A DNA stretch of 64,000 nucleotides, taken from contig NC_086098.1 of NCBI RefSeq assembly GCF_963921235.1, forward strand, positions 682,001 to 746,000, given 5' to 3'. Numbering within the stretch: the stretch's first letter is position 1; every line of letters begins with the position of its first letter. This document shows, one piece after another, positions 34,042 to 46,534 of the stretch. Under the pieces are notes generated by a model. The model was not told where the DNA came from, made no database searches, and worked only from the letters and a program-made list of their open reading frames with translations. This DNA is from Mobula hypostoma. Taxonomy: Eukaryota. The position numbers and the translations under genes were made by a program.

Positions 34042-37000
34042 TAAGCAGGCAGCTGAAGAAGAGAGTGGAAGAATTCGGGTAGAAGAAGTCGTTTTTTTTA
34101 AACACTGCTCGGGGAGAAGGGTCTGCACTGCGTAGGCGCGTGACGCAGAGCGCCAGGGTTCAAAAAGAGAAAATTTCAACGGTTCTTGTTTCAGTCGAAG
34201 CAAGCAGCTGAAGAAGAGAGTGGAAGAATTCGGGTAGAAAAAGTCATTTTTTTTAAAACACTGCTTGGGGAGAAGGGTCTGCACTGCGCAGGCGTGTGAC
34301 GTAGCACGCCAAGGTTTAAAAAACAGACCACCATATACAGCGGCTATTGTTGTAGTGGCCATCGTCGGAGTGGACTGAGTCAGAGTGGGATGGCTTTAGC
34401 TCAACAGGCTTCAGCAAGAACAGGCAGAGGCCAGGGTAGGTTCTGGTAAGTTTTTCTGTGCAGATTGTTTAGAGTAGAGAGAATGCCAGGCAGGATGTTG
34501 GAATGCTCCTCTTGAAGGATGTGGGAAGTCAGGGAGCCCTCCGGTGTCCCTGACAACGACACCTGCAAGAAGTGCATCCAGCTACAGCTCCTAACAAACC
34601 GCGTTAGGGAACTGGAGCAGGAGCTGGATGACCTGCGGATCATTCAGGAGAATGAGGAAATTATAGATCGTAGCTACAGGGAGGTAGTTACGCCAAAGGA
34701 GCAGAGGACAGGAAATTGGGTCACTGTCAGGCGAGGGAAGAGGAAAGGGCAGGCAGAGCAGGGTTCCCCTGTGGCCATTCCCCTCAACAACAAGTATACT
34801 GCATTGGATACTGTTGGGGGGGATGACTTACCTGGGACAAGCTGCAGTAGCCAGATCTCTGGCACTGAGTCTGGCTCTGCAGTGCAGAAGGGAGGTGGGA
34901 AAAGAGGAGAGCGGTAGTGATAGGGGACTCGATAGTTAGAGGTGCAGGTAGGAGGTTCTGTGGTCGTGACAGAGAATCCAGGATGGTTTGTTGCCTCCCG
35001 GGTGTCAGGGTCAAGGATGTCTCTGATCACTTGCATGACATTCTGAAGTGGGAGGGTGATCAGCCAGGTGTCGTGGTGCACATCGGTACCAATGACATAG
35101 CAAGGAAGAGTGAGGAGGTCCTGGAGATTGAGTATAGAGAGCTTGGTAGGAAGTTGAAAAGCACGACCTCGAGGGTGGTAATCTCAGGATTGCTACCTGT
35201 GCTACATGCCAGTGAGGGTAGGAATAGGATGCTCTGGAGGATGAACAGGTGGCTGAGGAACTGGTGTAGGGGGCAGGGTTTCAGATTTCAGGATAATTGG
35301 GACCTCTTCTGGGGCAGGTGGGACCTGTACAAGAGAGACGGGTTACACTTGAGCTATAGGGGGACCAATATCCTTTCGGGAGGTTTGTTAGTGCTATTGG
35401 GGAGGCTTTAAACTAGATTTGCAGGGGGATGGGAACCAGAGTGCCAGAGCTGACAGTGTGGCTGGGGTGAAAATAAATGATGTTAAACGTTCAAGCAAAT
35501 CCGCTAATAGAAAGGTTGTGAGTGGTGGTAAAAATCTTCTGAGGTGTATATATTTCAATGCTAGGAGTATTGCGGGGAAGGCGGATGAGTTGAGGGCGTG
35601 GATTGACACGTGGAATTATGATGTTATAGCAATTAGTGAAACTTGGCTACAGGAGGGGCAGGACTGGCAGCTTAATATTCCAGGGTTCCGATGTTTCAGA
35701 TGTGATCGAGGCAGAGGAATGAAAGGTGGGGTAGTAGCATTGCTTGTTAGGGAAAATATTACAGCAGTGCTCAGGCAGGACAGATTAGAGGGCTTGTCTA
35801 CTGAGTCCTTATGGGTGGAGCTGAGAAACACGAAAGGTATGGCCATATTAGTGGGATTGTATTACACACCACCCAATAGTCAACGAGAATTGGAAGAGCA
35901 AATCTGCAGGGAGATAGCAGGCAACTAAAGTCAACATAAAGTTGTGGTGGTAGGGGATTATAATTTTCCATATATTGATTGGGACTCCCATACTGTTAGG
36001 GGTCTAGATGGTTTAGAGTTTGTAAAATGTGTTCAGGAAAGTTTTCCAAATCAATATATAGAGGGACCAACTAGAGGGGATGCGATATTGGATCTCCTGT
36101 TAGGAAACGAGTTAGGACAAGTGACGGAAGTCTGTGTAGGGGAGCACTTTGGTTCCAGTGATCATAACACCATTAGTTTCAACTTGATCATTGACAAGGA
36201 TAGATCTGGTCCTAGGGTTGAGGTTCTTAAATGGAAGAACGCCAAATTTGAAGAAATGAGAAAGGATCTAAAAAGCGTGGATTGGGACAGGTTGTTCTCT
36301 GGCAAGGATGTGATCGGTAGGTGGGAAGCCTTCAAAGGAGAAATTTTGAGAGTGCAGAATTTGTATGTTCCTGTCAGGATTAAAGGCAAATAGGAATAAG
36401 GAACCTTGGTTCTCAAGGGATATTGCAACTCTGGTAAAGAAGAAGAGGGAGTTGTATGACATGTATAGGAAGCAGGGAGTAAATAAGGTGCTTGAGGAGT
36501 ATAAGAAGTGCAAGAAAATACTTAAGAAAGAAATCAGGAGGGCTAAAAGAAGACATGAGGTTGCCTTGGCAGTCAAAGTGAAGGATAATCCAAAGAGCTT
36601 TTACAGGTACATTAAGAGCAAAAGGATTGTAAGGGATAAAATTGGTCCTCCTGAAGATCAGAGTGGGTCGGCTATGTGCGGAACCAAAGGAAATGGGGGA
36701 AATCTTAAATAGGTTTTTTGCGTCTGTATTTACTAAGGAAACTGGCATGAAGTCTATGGAATTAGTGGAAACAAGTAGTGAGATCATGGAAACTGCACAG
36801 ATCAAAAAGGAGGAGGTCCTTGCGGTCTTGAGGAAAATTCAAGTGGATAAATCTGGATGATAATGTGGTAAATTGGATCAGCAAATTTGCTGATGATACA
36901 AAGATTGGAGGTGTAGTAGACAGTGAGGAAGGTTTTCAGAGCCTGCAGAGGGACTTGGACCAGCTGGAAAAATGGGCTGAAAAATGGCAGATGGAGTTTA

Positions 37001-37807
37001 ATACAGACAAGTGTGAGGTATTGCACGTTGGAAGGACAAACCAAGGTAGAACATACAGGGTTAATGGTAAGGCACTGAGGAGTGCAGTGGAACAGAGGGA
37101 TCTGGGAATACAGATACAAAATTCCGTAAAAGTGGCGTCACAGGTAGATAGGGTCGTAAAGAGAGCTTTTGGTACATTGGCCTTTATTAATCGAAGTATT
37201 GAGTATAAGAGCTGGAATGTTACGATGAGGTTGCATAGCGGCATTGGTGAGGCCGAATCTGGAGTATTGTGTTCAGTTTTGGTCACCAAATTACAGGAAG
37301 GATATTAATAAGGTTGCAAGAGTGCCGAGAAGGTTTACAAGGATGTTGCTGGGACTTGAGAAACTCAGTTACAGAGAAAGGTTGAATAGGTTGGGACTTT
37401 ATTCCCTGGATGGTAGAAGAATGAGGGGAGATTTGATAGAGGTATATAAAATTATAATGGGTATAGATAGAGTGAATGTAAGCAGGCTTTTTCCACTGAG
37501 GCAAGGGGGAAAAAAACCAGAGGACATGGGTTAAGGGTGAGGGGGGGGGGAATTTAAAGGGAACATTAGGGGGGGCTTCTTCATACAGAGAGTTGTGGGA
37601 GTATGGAATGAGCTGCCAGAAGAGGTGGTAAATCCGGGTTCTTTTTTAACATTTAAGAATAAATTGGACAGATACATGGATGGGAGGTGTATGGAGGGAT
37701 ATGGTCCATGTGCAGGTCAGTGGGACTAGGTAGAAAATGGTTCGGCACAGCCAAGAAGGGCCAAAAGGCCTGTTTCTGTGCTGTAGTTTCTATGGTTCTG
37801 TGGTTCT
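34042..37807 (+). mobile_element. CR1 family B copy with 5' monomers, ORF1, ORF2 and tail, but with a ~0.6-kb internal RT deletion at ~36850
   Basis: ORF1 34483-35416, EN from 35419, VDKS joined to LDDNVVNW through ATC microhomology, (TTCTATGG)n tail. Confidence 0.92.
34043..34322 (+). repeat. CR1 family B 5' UTR tandem monomers (~1.8 x 155 bp), putative promoter
   Basis: Units start at 34043 and 34198; core ACTGCGCAGGCGTGTGACGT at 34283-34302 followed by TTTAAAA. Confidence 0.85.
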
Positions 37808-40479
37808 ATCATTGATATAGATGACAAATAACAATGGACCCAGCACTGATCCCTGTGGCACACCACTAGTCACAGGACTCCACTTGGAGAAGTAATTCTC
37901 TACTACCACCCTTTGGCTTCTTTCATTGAGCCAATGTCTGATCCAATTTACCACCTCTCCATGTATACCTAGCAACTGAATTTTCCTAACTAACTTCCCA
38001 CGTGGGACCTTGTCAAAGGCCTTACTGAAGTCCATGTAGACCATATCCACTGCTTTCCCTTCATCCACTTTCTTGGTAACCTCCTCGAAAAACTCCAATA
38101 GATTGGTCAAACATGACCTACCACGCACAAAGCCATGTTGACTCTCCCTAATAAGTCCCTGTCTATCCAAATGTTTGTAGATTCTGTCTCTTAGTACTCC
38201 CTCCAATAACGTACCTGCTACCGATGTTAAACTTACCGGGCTATAATTTCCCGGATTACTTTTCGATCCTTTTTCAAACAACGGAACAACATGAGCCACT
38301 CTCCAATCCTCCGGCACCTCACATGTAGACAGCGACATTTTAAGTATTTCTGCCAGGGCCTCTGCAATTTCAACACTAGTCTCCTTCAAGGTCCGAGGGA
38401 ATACCCTGTCAGGTCCCGGGGATTTATCCACTTTAATTTTCCTCAAGACAGCAAGGACCTTCTCCTTTTTGATCTGTGCAGTTTCCATGATCTCACTACT
38501 TGTTTCCACTAATTCCATAGACTTCATGCCAGTTTCCTTAGTAAATACAGATGCAAAAAACCTACTTAAGATCTCCCCCATTTCCTTTGGTTCCACACAT
38601 AGCCGACCACTCTGATCTTCAAGAGGACCAATTTTATCCCTTACAATCCTTTTGCTCTTAATATACCTGTAAAAGCTCTTTGGATTATCCTTCACTTTGA
38701 CTGCCAAGGCAACCTCATGTCTTCTTTTAGCCCTCCTGATTTCTTTCTTAAGTATTTTCTTGCACTTCTTATACTCCTCAAGCACCTTATTTACTCCCTG
38801 CTTCCTATACATGTCATACAACTCCCTCTTCTTCTTTATGAGAGTTGCAATAACCCTTGAGAACCAAGGTTCCTTATTCCTATTCACTTTGCCTTTAATC
38901 CTGACAGGAACATACAAATTCTGCACTCTCAAAATTTCTCCTTTGAAGTCTTCCCACCTACTGATCACATCCTTGCCAGAGAACAACCTGTCCCAATCCA
39001 CACTTTTTAGATCCTTTCTCATTTCTTCAAATTTGGCCTTCTTCCAGTTCAGAACCTCAACCCTAGGACCAGATCTATCCTTGTCCATGATCAAATTGAA
39101 ACTAATGGTGTTATGATCACTGGAACCAAAGTGCTCCCCTACACAGACTTCCGTCACTTGTCCTAACTCGTTTCTTAACAGGAGATCCAATATTGCATCC
39201 CCTCTCGTTGGTCCCTCTATATATTGATTTAGAAAACTTTTCTGAACACATTTTACAAACTCTAAACCATCTAGACCCCTAACAGTATGGGAGTCCCAAT
39301 CAATATATGGAAAATTAAAATCCCCTACCACCACAATTTTATGTTTCATTTAGTTGCCTGCTATCTCCCTGCAGATTTGCTCTTCCAATTCTCGTTGACT
39401 ATTGGGTGGTGTGTAATACAATCCCACTAATGTGGCCATACCTTTCCTGTTTCTCAGCTCCACCCATAAGGAGTCAGTAGACAAGTCCTCTAATCTGTCC
39501 TGCCTGAGCACTGCTGTAATATTTTCCCTAACAAGCAATGCTACTCCCCCACCTTTCATTCCTCTGCCTCGATCACATCTGAAACATCGGAACCCTGGAA
39601 TATTAAGCTGCCAGTCCTGCCCCTCCTGTAGCCAAGTTTCACTAATTGCTATAACGTTATAATTCCACGTTTCAATCCACCTTCATTGCACTCATCCGCC
39701 TTCCCCGCAGTACTCCTAGCATTGAAATATATACACCTCAGAAGATTTTTTCCACCACTCACAACCTTTCTATTAGCGGATTTGCTTGAACGTTTAACAT
39801 CATTTATTTTCACTCCAGCTACACTGTTAGCTCTGGCACTCTGGTTCCCATCCCCCTGCAAATCTAGTTTAAAGCCTCCCCAATAGCACTAACACACCTC
39901 CCTGAAAGGATATTGGTCCCCCTGTAGTTCAAGTGTAACCTGTCTCTCTTGTACAGGTCCCACCTGCCCCAGAAGAGGTCCCAATTATCCTGAAATCTGA
40001 AACCCTGCCCCCTATACCAGTTCCTCAGGCACTTGTTCATCCTCCAGAGCATCCTATTCCTACCCTCACTGGCATGTAGCACAGGTAGCAATCCTGAGAT
40101 TACCACCCTCGAGGTTCTGCTTTTCAACTTCCTACCAAGCTCTCTATATTCACTCTCCAGGACCTCCTCACTCTTCCTTGCTATGTCATTGGTACTGATG
40201 TGCACCACGACATCTGGCTGATCACCCTCCCACTTCAGAATGTCATGCAATCGATCAGAGACATCCTTGACCCTGGCACCCGGGAGGCAACAAACCACCC
40301 TGGATTCTCTGTCACGACCACAGAACCTCCTATCTGCACCTCTAACTATCGAGTCCCCTATCACTACCATTCTCCTCTTTTTCCCCCCTCCCTTCTGCAC
40401 TGCAGAGCCAGACTCAGTGCCAGAGATCAGGCTACTGCAGCTTGTCCCAGGTAAGTCATCCCCCCCAACAGTATCCACC

Positions 40480-42028
40480 TCGTATGCAATGGGAGGTAAG
40501 GATCTCGATACAATAGCTACCACTAAAGAGGTAGTGCTGAGCAAACTTGTGGGCCTGAAGATAAATAAGTCTCTTGGTCCTGATAGAATGCATCCCAGGG
40601 TACTGAAATAAATGGCAAAAGTTATAGCAGAGGCTTTGCTAATAATTTACCAAAATTCTCTGGACTCTGGGCAGGTCCTGGTGGATTGGAAGAGGCTGAA
40701 TGTCAGGCTGGTAACTATAGGCCAGTTATTTTAACACCTGTAGTTGGGAAGATGCTTGAAGCTATCATTAAAGAAGAAATAACGAGATATCTGAAAAGAA
40801 ATGGATCCATCAGGCAGATGCAGCATGGATTCAGCAAAGGCATTTCCTGTTTGACAAACTATCTGAGGATATAGAAAGAGTGCAGTAGATAAAGGAAAAC
40901 AGATGGATATTATTTATTTGTATTTCCAGAACGCGTTCAAAAAGGACTTGTCAATAAAATAAGGATGCATAGAGTTGGGGGTGATGTATTAGCATGGATA
41001 GAGGATTGGTTAACTAATAGAAAGCAGAGAGTTGGGACACTTGGGTCTTTCGCTGTTGGCAATCAATGGTGAGCGGTGTGCGCAGGGATCGGTGCTGGGC
41101 CCACAACTGATTTCTATTAACAATCTGGAAGAGGGGACCAAGTGTAGTGTATCTTAGTTCGCTGATGATACTAAATTGAGTGGAAAAACAAATTGTGCAG
41201 AAGATACGGAGAGTCTGCGGAGAGATATAGATAGGTTAAGTGAGTGGGCAAGGGTCTGGCAGTTGGAATACAATGTTGGTAAATGTGAGATAATCCACTT
41301 TGGAAGGAAAAATGAAAGAGAAGATTATTATTGAAATGGTAAAAAATTGCAGCATGCTGCTGTACAGAGGGACTTGGGAGTGCTTGTGTACAAGTCACAA
41401 AAGGTTGGTTTGCAGGTGCAATAGGCTGTCAAGAAGGCAAATCGAATGTTGGCCTTCATTGCTAGAGGGACTGAATTTAAGAGCCGGGAGGATATGCTAC
41501 ATCTGGAATACTGTGTGCAGTTCCGATCTCCTTCCTCGAGGAAGTTATACTGACTCTGGAGGCAGTGCAGAGGAGGTTCACCAGGTTGATTCCAGAGATG
41601 AGTGGTTAGAGACTGTATTCACTGGAATTCAGAAGAATGAGAGGAGATCTTAGAGAAACATACAAATTTATGAAAAGGATAAATAAGATAGAGGCAGGAA
41701 AGTTGTTTCCACATATAGGTGAGACTAGAACTAGGGGACACAGCCTAAAGATTTGGCAGAATAGATATAGGACCGAGATGAGGAGGAACTGCTTTTCCTA
41801 GAGGGAATCTGTGGAGTTCTCTGCCCAATGAATCAGTGGAGGCTATCTCAGTAAATATATTTAAGACTAGGTTAGATAGATTTTTGATAGTAGGGAATTA
41901 AGGGTTATGGGGAAAAGGCAGGTAGGTGGAGATGAGTCTATAGTCAGATCAGCCATGATCTTACTGAATGGCGGAGCACGCTTGACAGGCCAGATGGCCT
42001 ACTCCTGCTCCTATTTCTTATGTTCTTA
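40480..42028 (+). mobile_element. Old CR1 RT-to-3' end, heavily degraded
   Basis: KSLGPDRMHPRVLK and GNYRPVILT motifs; 3' hairpin and TTCTTATG tail. Confidence 0.85.
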
Positions 42029-42288
42029 TTCCTAACCTCACAGCTCCATTGATGCATTCCAAACCTCTTATCTCCATTGAATAACTCCAGCCTAATCTCA
42101 CAGCTCCACTGATCAATTCCATCCAATCCTCACAGCTCCATTCACTAACTCACTCCTAACCTCACTGCTCCATTGATTGACTCCATCGTAACCTCACAGC
42201 TCTATTAAATAAATCATTCCAAACCTCTCAGCTTCATTGGCTCATTGCTAACCTCACAGCTCCATTGAGTAACTCCATTTTAACCTCA
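42029..42288 (+). repeat. ~32-bp minisatellite (block 3)
   Basis: About 8 units with the same consensus. Confidence 0.88.
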
Positions 42289-42858
42289 TAGAAACCATAG
42301 AAAAACTACAGCACAGAAACAGGCCTTTTGGCCCTTCTTGGCTGTGCCGAACCATTTTCTGCCTAGTCGCACTGACCTGCACATGGACCATATCCCTCCA
42401 TAAACCTCTCATCCACGTATGTCCAATTTATTCTTAAATGTTAAAAAAGAACCCACATTTACCACCTCGTATGGCAGCTCATTCCACACTCCCACCACTC
42501 TCTGTGTGAAGAAGCCCCCCCTAATGTTCCCTTTAAAGTTTTCCCCCCTCACCCTTAACCCATGTCCTCTGTTTTTTTTTCCCATTGCCTCAGTGGAAAA
42601 AAGCCTGCTTGCATTCACTCTATCTATACCCATCATAATTTTATATACCTCTATCAAATCTCCCCTCATTCTTCTACGCTTCAGGGAATAAAGTCCTAAC
42701 CTATTCAACCTTTCTCTGTAACTGAGTTTCTCAAGATCCGGCAACATCCTTGTAAACCTTCTCTGCACTCTTTCAACCTTATTAATATCCTTCCTGTAAT
42801 TTAGTGACCAAAACTGAACACAATACTCCAGATTCGTCCTCACCAATGCCTTATATAA

Positions 42859-43482
42859 CATAGTCATAGTCATAGTCATACTTTATTGATCCCAGGGGAA
42901 ATTGGTTTTCGTTACAGTTGCACCATAAGTAATTAAATAGTAATAAAACCATAAATAGTTAAATAGTAACATGTAAATTATGCCAGGAAATAAGTCCAGG
43001 ACCAACCTATTGACTCAGAGTGTCTGACCCTCCAAGGGAGGAGTTGTAAAGTTTGATGGCCACAGGCAGGAATGACTTCCTATGACGCTCTGTGTTGCAT
43101 CTCGGTGGAATGAGTCTCTGGCTGAATGTACTCCTGTGCCCAACCAGTACATTATGTAGTGGATGGGAGACATTGTCCAAGATGGCATGCAACTTGGACA
43201 GCATCCTCTTTTCAGACACCACCATGAGAGAGTCCAGTTCCATCCCCACAACATCACTGGCCTTACAAATGAGTTTGTTGATTCTGTTGGTGTCTGCTAC
43301 CCTCAGCCTGCTGCCCCAGCACATAACAGCAAACATGATCACACTGGCCACCACAGACTCGTAGAACATCCTCAGCATCGCCCGGCAGATGTTAAAGGAT
43401 CTCAGTCTCCTCAGGAAATAGAGACGGCTCTGACCCTTCTTGTAGACAGCCTCAGTGTTCTTTGACCAGTCCAGTTTATTGT
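42859..43482 (-). mobile_element. Rex1/Babar-type LINE 3' part with (TATGAC)n tail
   Basis: MLRMFYESVVASVIMFAVMCWG..HPLH..SFLPVAIKLYNS*; same family as 13081-13406. Confidence 0.85.
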
Positions 43483-43819
43483 CAACCTCATCATAACATT
43501 CCAGTTCTTATACTCAATACTTTGATTAATAAAGGCCAATGTACCAAAAGCTCTCTTTACGACCCTATCTACCTGTGACACAACTTTTAGGGAATTTTGT
43601 ATCTGTATTCCCAGATCCCTCTGTTCTACTGCACTCCTCAGTGCCTTACCATTTACCCTATATGTTCTACCTTGGTTTGTCCTTCCAAAGTGCAATACCT
43701 CACACTTGTCTGTATTAAACTCCATCTGCCATTTTTCAGCCCACTTTTCCAGCTGATCCAAATCCCCCTGCAAGCTTTGAAAACCTTCCTCACTGTCCAC
43801 TACACCTCTAATCTTTGTA

Positions 43820-45040
43820 GGGATTAGTGGTGGTCATCTTCTACAGGTAAGGAGCGCCGTGAGCTTGTGACACAAGAAGTACGAGAGGTAGAAGAGGAGA
43901 AGAGGTTAGCTAAAACAGCTGGCCTGGCCAAACAAGGGGCTTGGACCCGGTGGGAAAGTGTTGAACAAGGACACCTATCTTGGAATATTCTGTGGCAGAT
44001 GGAACCGCTCCACATTTCTTTTCTATGCAGAGCAGCGTACGATCTGCTCCCAACACCTGCCAACCTCAGCACCTGGTATGAAGATAAGACAGACAGGTGT
44101 GCTGCTTGTGGTGAGAAGGGAACACTTCAACATATTTTGAGTGCATGCAGAGTCAATCTTTCCAGTGGCATGTACACTTGGAGACATAACAACGTTCTCA
44201 AAGTTGTAACAGAAGCGGTTGAGCAGAGAATACTGCAGCACAACTTACCTCATGCCCCATGCTGCACAGAACATCACATATCATTTGTGAAAGAAGGCTC
44301 CAAGTCAAGGGTGTACAGCGCAGGCTCACGATCAAGCATACTTTCTTCAGCCAATGATTGGTGTGTCAAGGCTGACCTGGATGGGAAAAGCAGTTTCCTG
44401 GAGCAAATAGCTTTCACCACATTGCGTCCAGATATAATCGTATGGTCTGACACCAGCAGAGAAGCGGTTAATGGTGAACTCACAGTCCCCTGGGAAGACA
44501 ACATCGATGAAGCCCATGAGCGCAAGTTAACCAAGTATGCAGAGTTAAGATCAGAGTGCAGAGACAGAGGGTGGAAGGTCTCATGCTATCCATTCGAAGT
44601 AGGCTGCCGTGGGTTTATTGCGTTCACTTTCCAGAAGTGGCTGCATGACCTTGGCTTCACTAGAAGAGAGATCAAGTCAACCAGCATGGCTGTAGCTGAG
44701 GGAGCAGAGAAAGGATCAGCATGGGTGTGGACCAGGTATGTCCAGAGGGGCAGATAATCAGCCAGTGTATATATATCTTGCAAACCCTTCAGTAGTTGCA
44801 TAGACACCTGAAGAGCAGACTATCTGTGGGATGGAAGTGACCAACAACTCTGATAGAGGCAGATGCCAAGTTTTTAAGCTCACCAGTGGGAGGTGGTGCT
44901 TTAGCACAGCTGGCCACCACCTCGAGGGAGCCTTGATCATAAGCGGGCCGAAACTCCTGAAGACAGGTGGCAGGTCAACTGATGATCCCACTGGTGATAG
45001 CACAGGACAGTTAACGTCTTAGTCCAAGTGTATTTTTAAC
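43820..45040 (+). mobile_element. HERO-like non-LTR retrotransposon with restriction-like endonuclease, 5'-truncated
   Basis: Foreign 1.22-kb segment inside the CR1-B FADD codons, carrying ORF 43867-44757 and a 3' UTR. Confidence 0.85.
43867..44757 (+). CDS. C-terminal part of an RLE-type retrotransposon ORF: CCHC finger plus PD-(D/E)xK endonuclease (truncated)
   Basis: YDLLPTPANL, CAACGEKGTLQHILSAC, RHNNVL, RPDIIV, ELTVPWE, KLTKY and PFEVGCRG motifs. Confidence 0.85.
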   Translation: MTQEVREVEEEKRLAKTAGLAKQGAWTRWESVEQGHLSWNILWQMEPLHISFLCRAAYDLLPTPANLSTWYEDKTDRCAACGEKGTLQHILSACRVNLSSGMYTWRHNNVLKVVTEAVEQRILQHNLPHAPCCTEHHISFVKEGSKSRVYSAGSRSSILSSANDWCVKADLDGKSSFLEQIAFTTLRPDIIVWSDTSREAVNGELTVPWEDNIDEAHERKLTKYAELRSECRDRGWKVSCYPFEVGCRGFIAFTFQKWLHDLGFTRREIKSTSMAVAEGAEKGSAWVWTRYVQRGR

Positions 45041-45849
45041 TCAGCAAATTTGCTGATCCAATTTACCACATTATCATCCAGATCATTGATATAGATGACA
45101 GATAACAATGGACCCAGCACTGATCCCTGTGGCATACCACTAGTCAAAGGCCTCCACTCTGAGAAACAATCCTCTACTACCACTCTTCGGTTTCTTCCAT
45201 TGAGCGAATGTCTAATACAGTTTACCACCTCTCCATGTATACATAGCAACTGAATTTTCCTAACTAACCTCCCATGCGGGACCTTGTCAAAGGCCTTACT
45301 GAAGTCCATGTAGACAACATCCACTGCCTTCCCATCATAGTTCTGTTAACCCAGGTTTATTTCCTTCATTGTCTGTAAAGAGTTCTCCCTATAACCATGT
45401 GGGTTTCCAATGGCTGCTCCAGTGTTCCCAACATTCCAAAGATGTGCAGTTTAGATTCAAGATTGAAGGTTATTTATTGTCATTCTTCAGTACACGAGTA
45501 TAAAGGAGAAAAAAATGATTGTTACTCCACATCCAGTGCAGCACAAATAAAGCACAATAAGATAAAGAACACCATAAATATACAATCATTTGTAAATGCG
45601 AAAATAATTCTATAAAACCCAATATGCAAGATACATAGTCTGACTGTATGTACGTAATCTGACTGTATGTACGTAATACAGTGGAGATATGGGGTGATGG
45701 GGTGGGTTAATAGTGAAGGGGTTCATCAGCCTTACTGCTTGGAGAAAGTAACTGTTTTTGAGACTAATAGGCCTGGTGTGGACTCTATGTAGCCTTCCCC
45801 CCGATGGGCAGACGCAACAGAAGCATTTCCATGCTCATCTGGCAAAGCT

Positions 45850-46534
45850 GTTTAAAAAGCAGGAAGTTTGTCAGTGGGAGTCATAGACTGGAGCACCGTG
45901 CAGATGCACCAGAAGCATTCCATGCAGGTCCAACAAAGATCTTTAAAAACCCAGTCTCTATAAAAGAGAGGTACCGCCTCACAGAGTGGTCATCATGGCA
46001 GTGGTCATTGTTGGTGTATTCTGAGGCAGAGTAGAAAGATTTTGGCTCAACAAGGTTTCGGCAAGAGCTGAGTTCATTCCTTATTTCTTATTTAACTCTA
46101 GCGAAAAGAGGGGGCATGTCTCCAAAGGCAATGTTCTGTTCTGGGTGTCAGATGTGGAATTTCCAGGAGACTCCAGCCTCCCCAGTGACCACATTTGCAC
46201 CAGGTGCACCGAAATGCAGCTCCTTGGAGACTGTGTTAGGGAACTACAGTTTGTAAGGTATTAAAAAAGAGGATGTGCTGGAGCTTTTGGAAAGAATCGA
46301 GTTGGATAAATCACCAGGACCGGACAAGATGTACCCCAGGCTACAGTGGGAGGCAAGGAAGAAGATTGCTGAGCCTCTGGCAATGATCTTTGCATCATCA
46401 ATGGGATGGGAGAGGTTCTGGAGGATTGGAGGGCTGCGGATGTTGTTCCAATATTCAAAAAAGGGAGCAGAGATAGCCTAGGAAATTATAGACCATTGAG
46501 TCTTACTTCAGTGGTTGGTAAGTTGATGAAGAAG
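45850..46534 (+). mobile_element. CR1 5' UTR/ORF1 start and RT fragments; RT host resumes at 49722-49965
   Basis: TGTTCTGGGTGTCAGATGTGG zinc-finger start; DKSPGPDK and GNYRPLSLTSVVGK continue as KILRGRIYEHL after the L1. Confidence 0.75.

Larger units (their letters stand above)
33092..40478 (-). mobile_element. CR1 family B (33092-34041 plus 37808-40478), split by an inverted family B copy
   Basis: ORF1 39864-40478, ORF2 pieces 37808-39861 ending ..FVIYIND, continuing LDDNVVNWISKFADD at 34041 to the tail at 33092. Confidence 0.92.
42287..45337 (-). mobile_element. 5'-truncated CR1 family B, interrupted by Rex1-type and HERO-like insertions
   Basis: Colinear pieces 45041-45337, 43483-43819 and 42287-42858. 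Confidence 0.9.
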
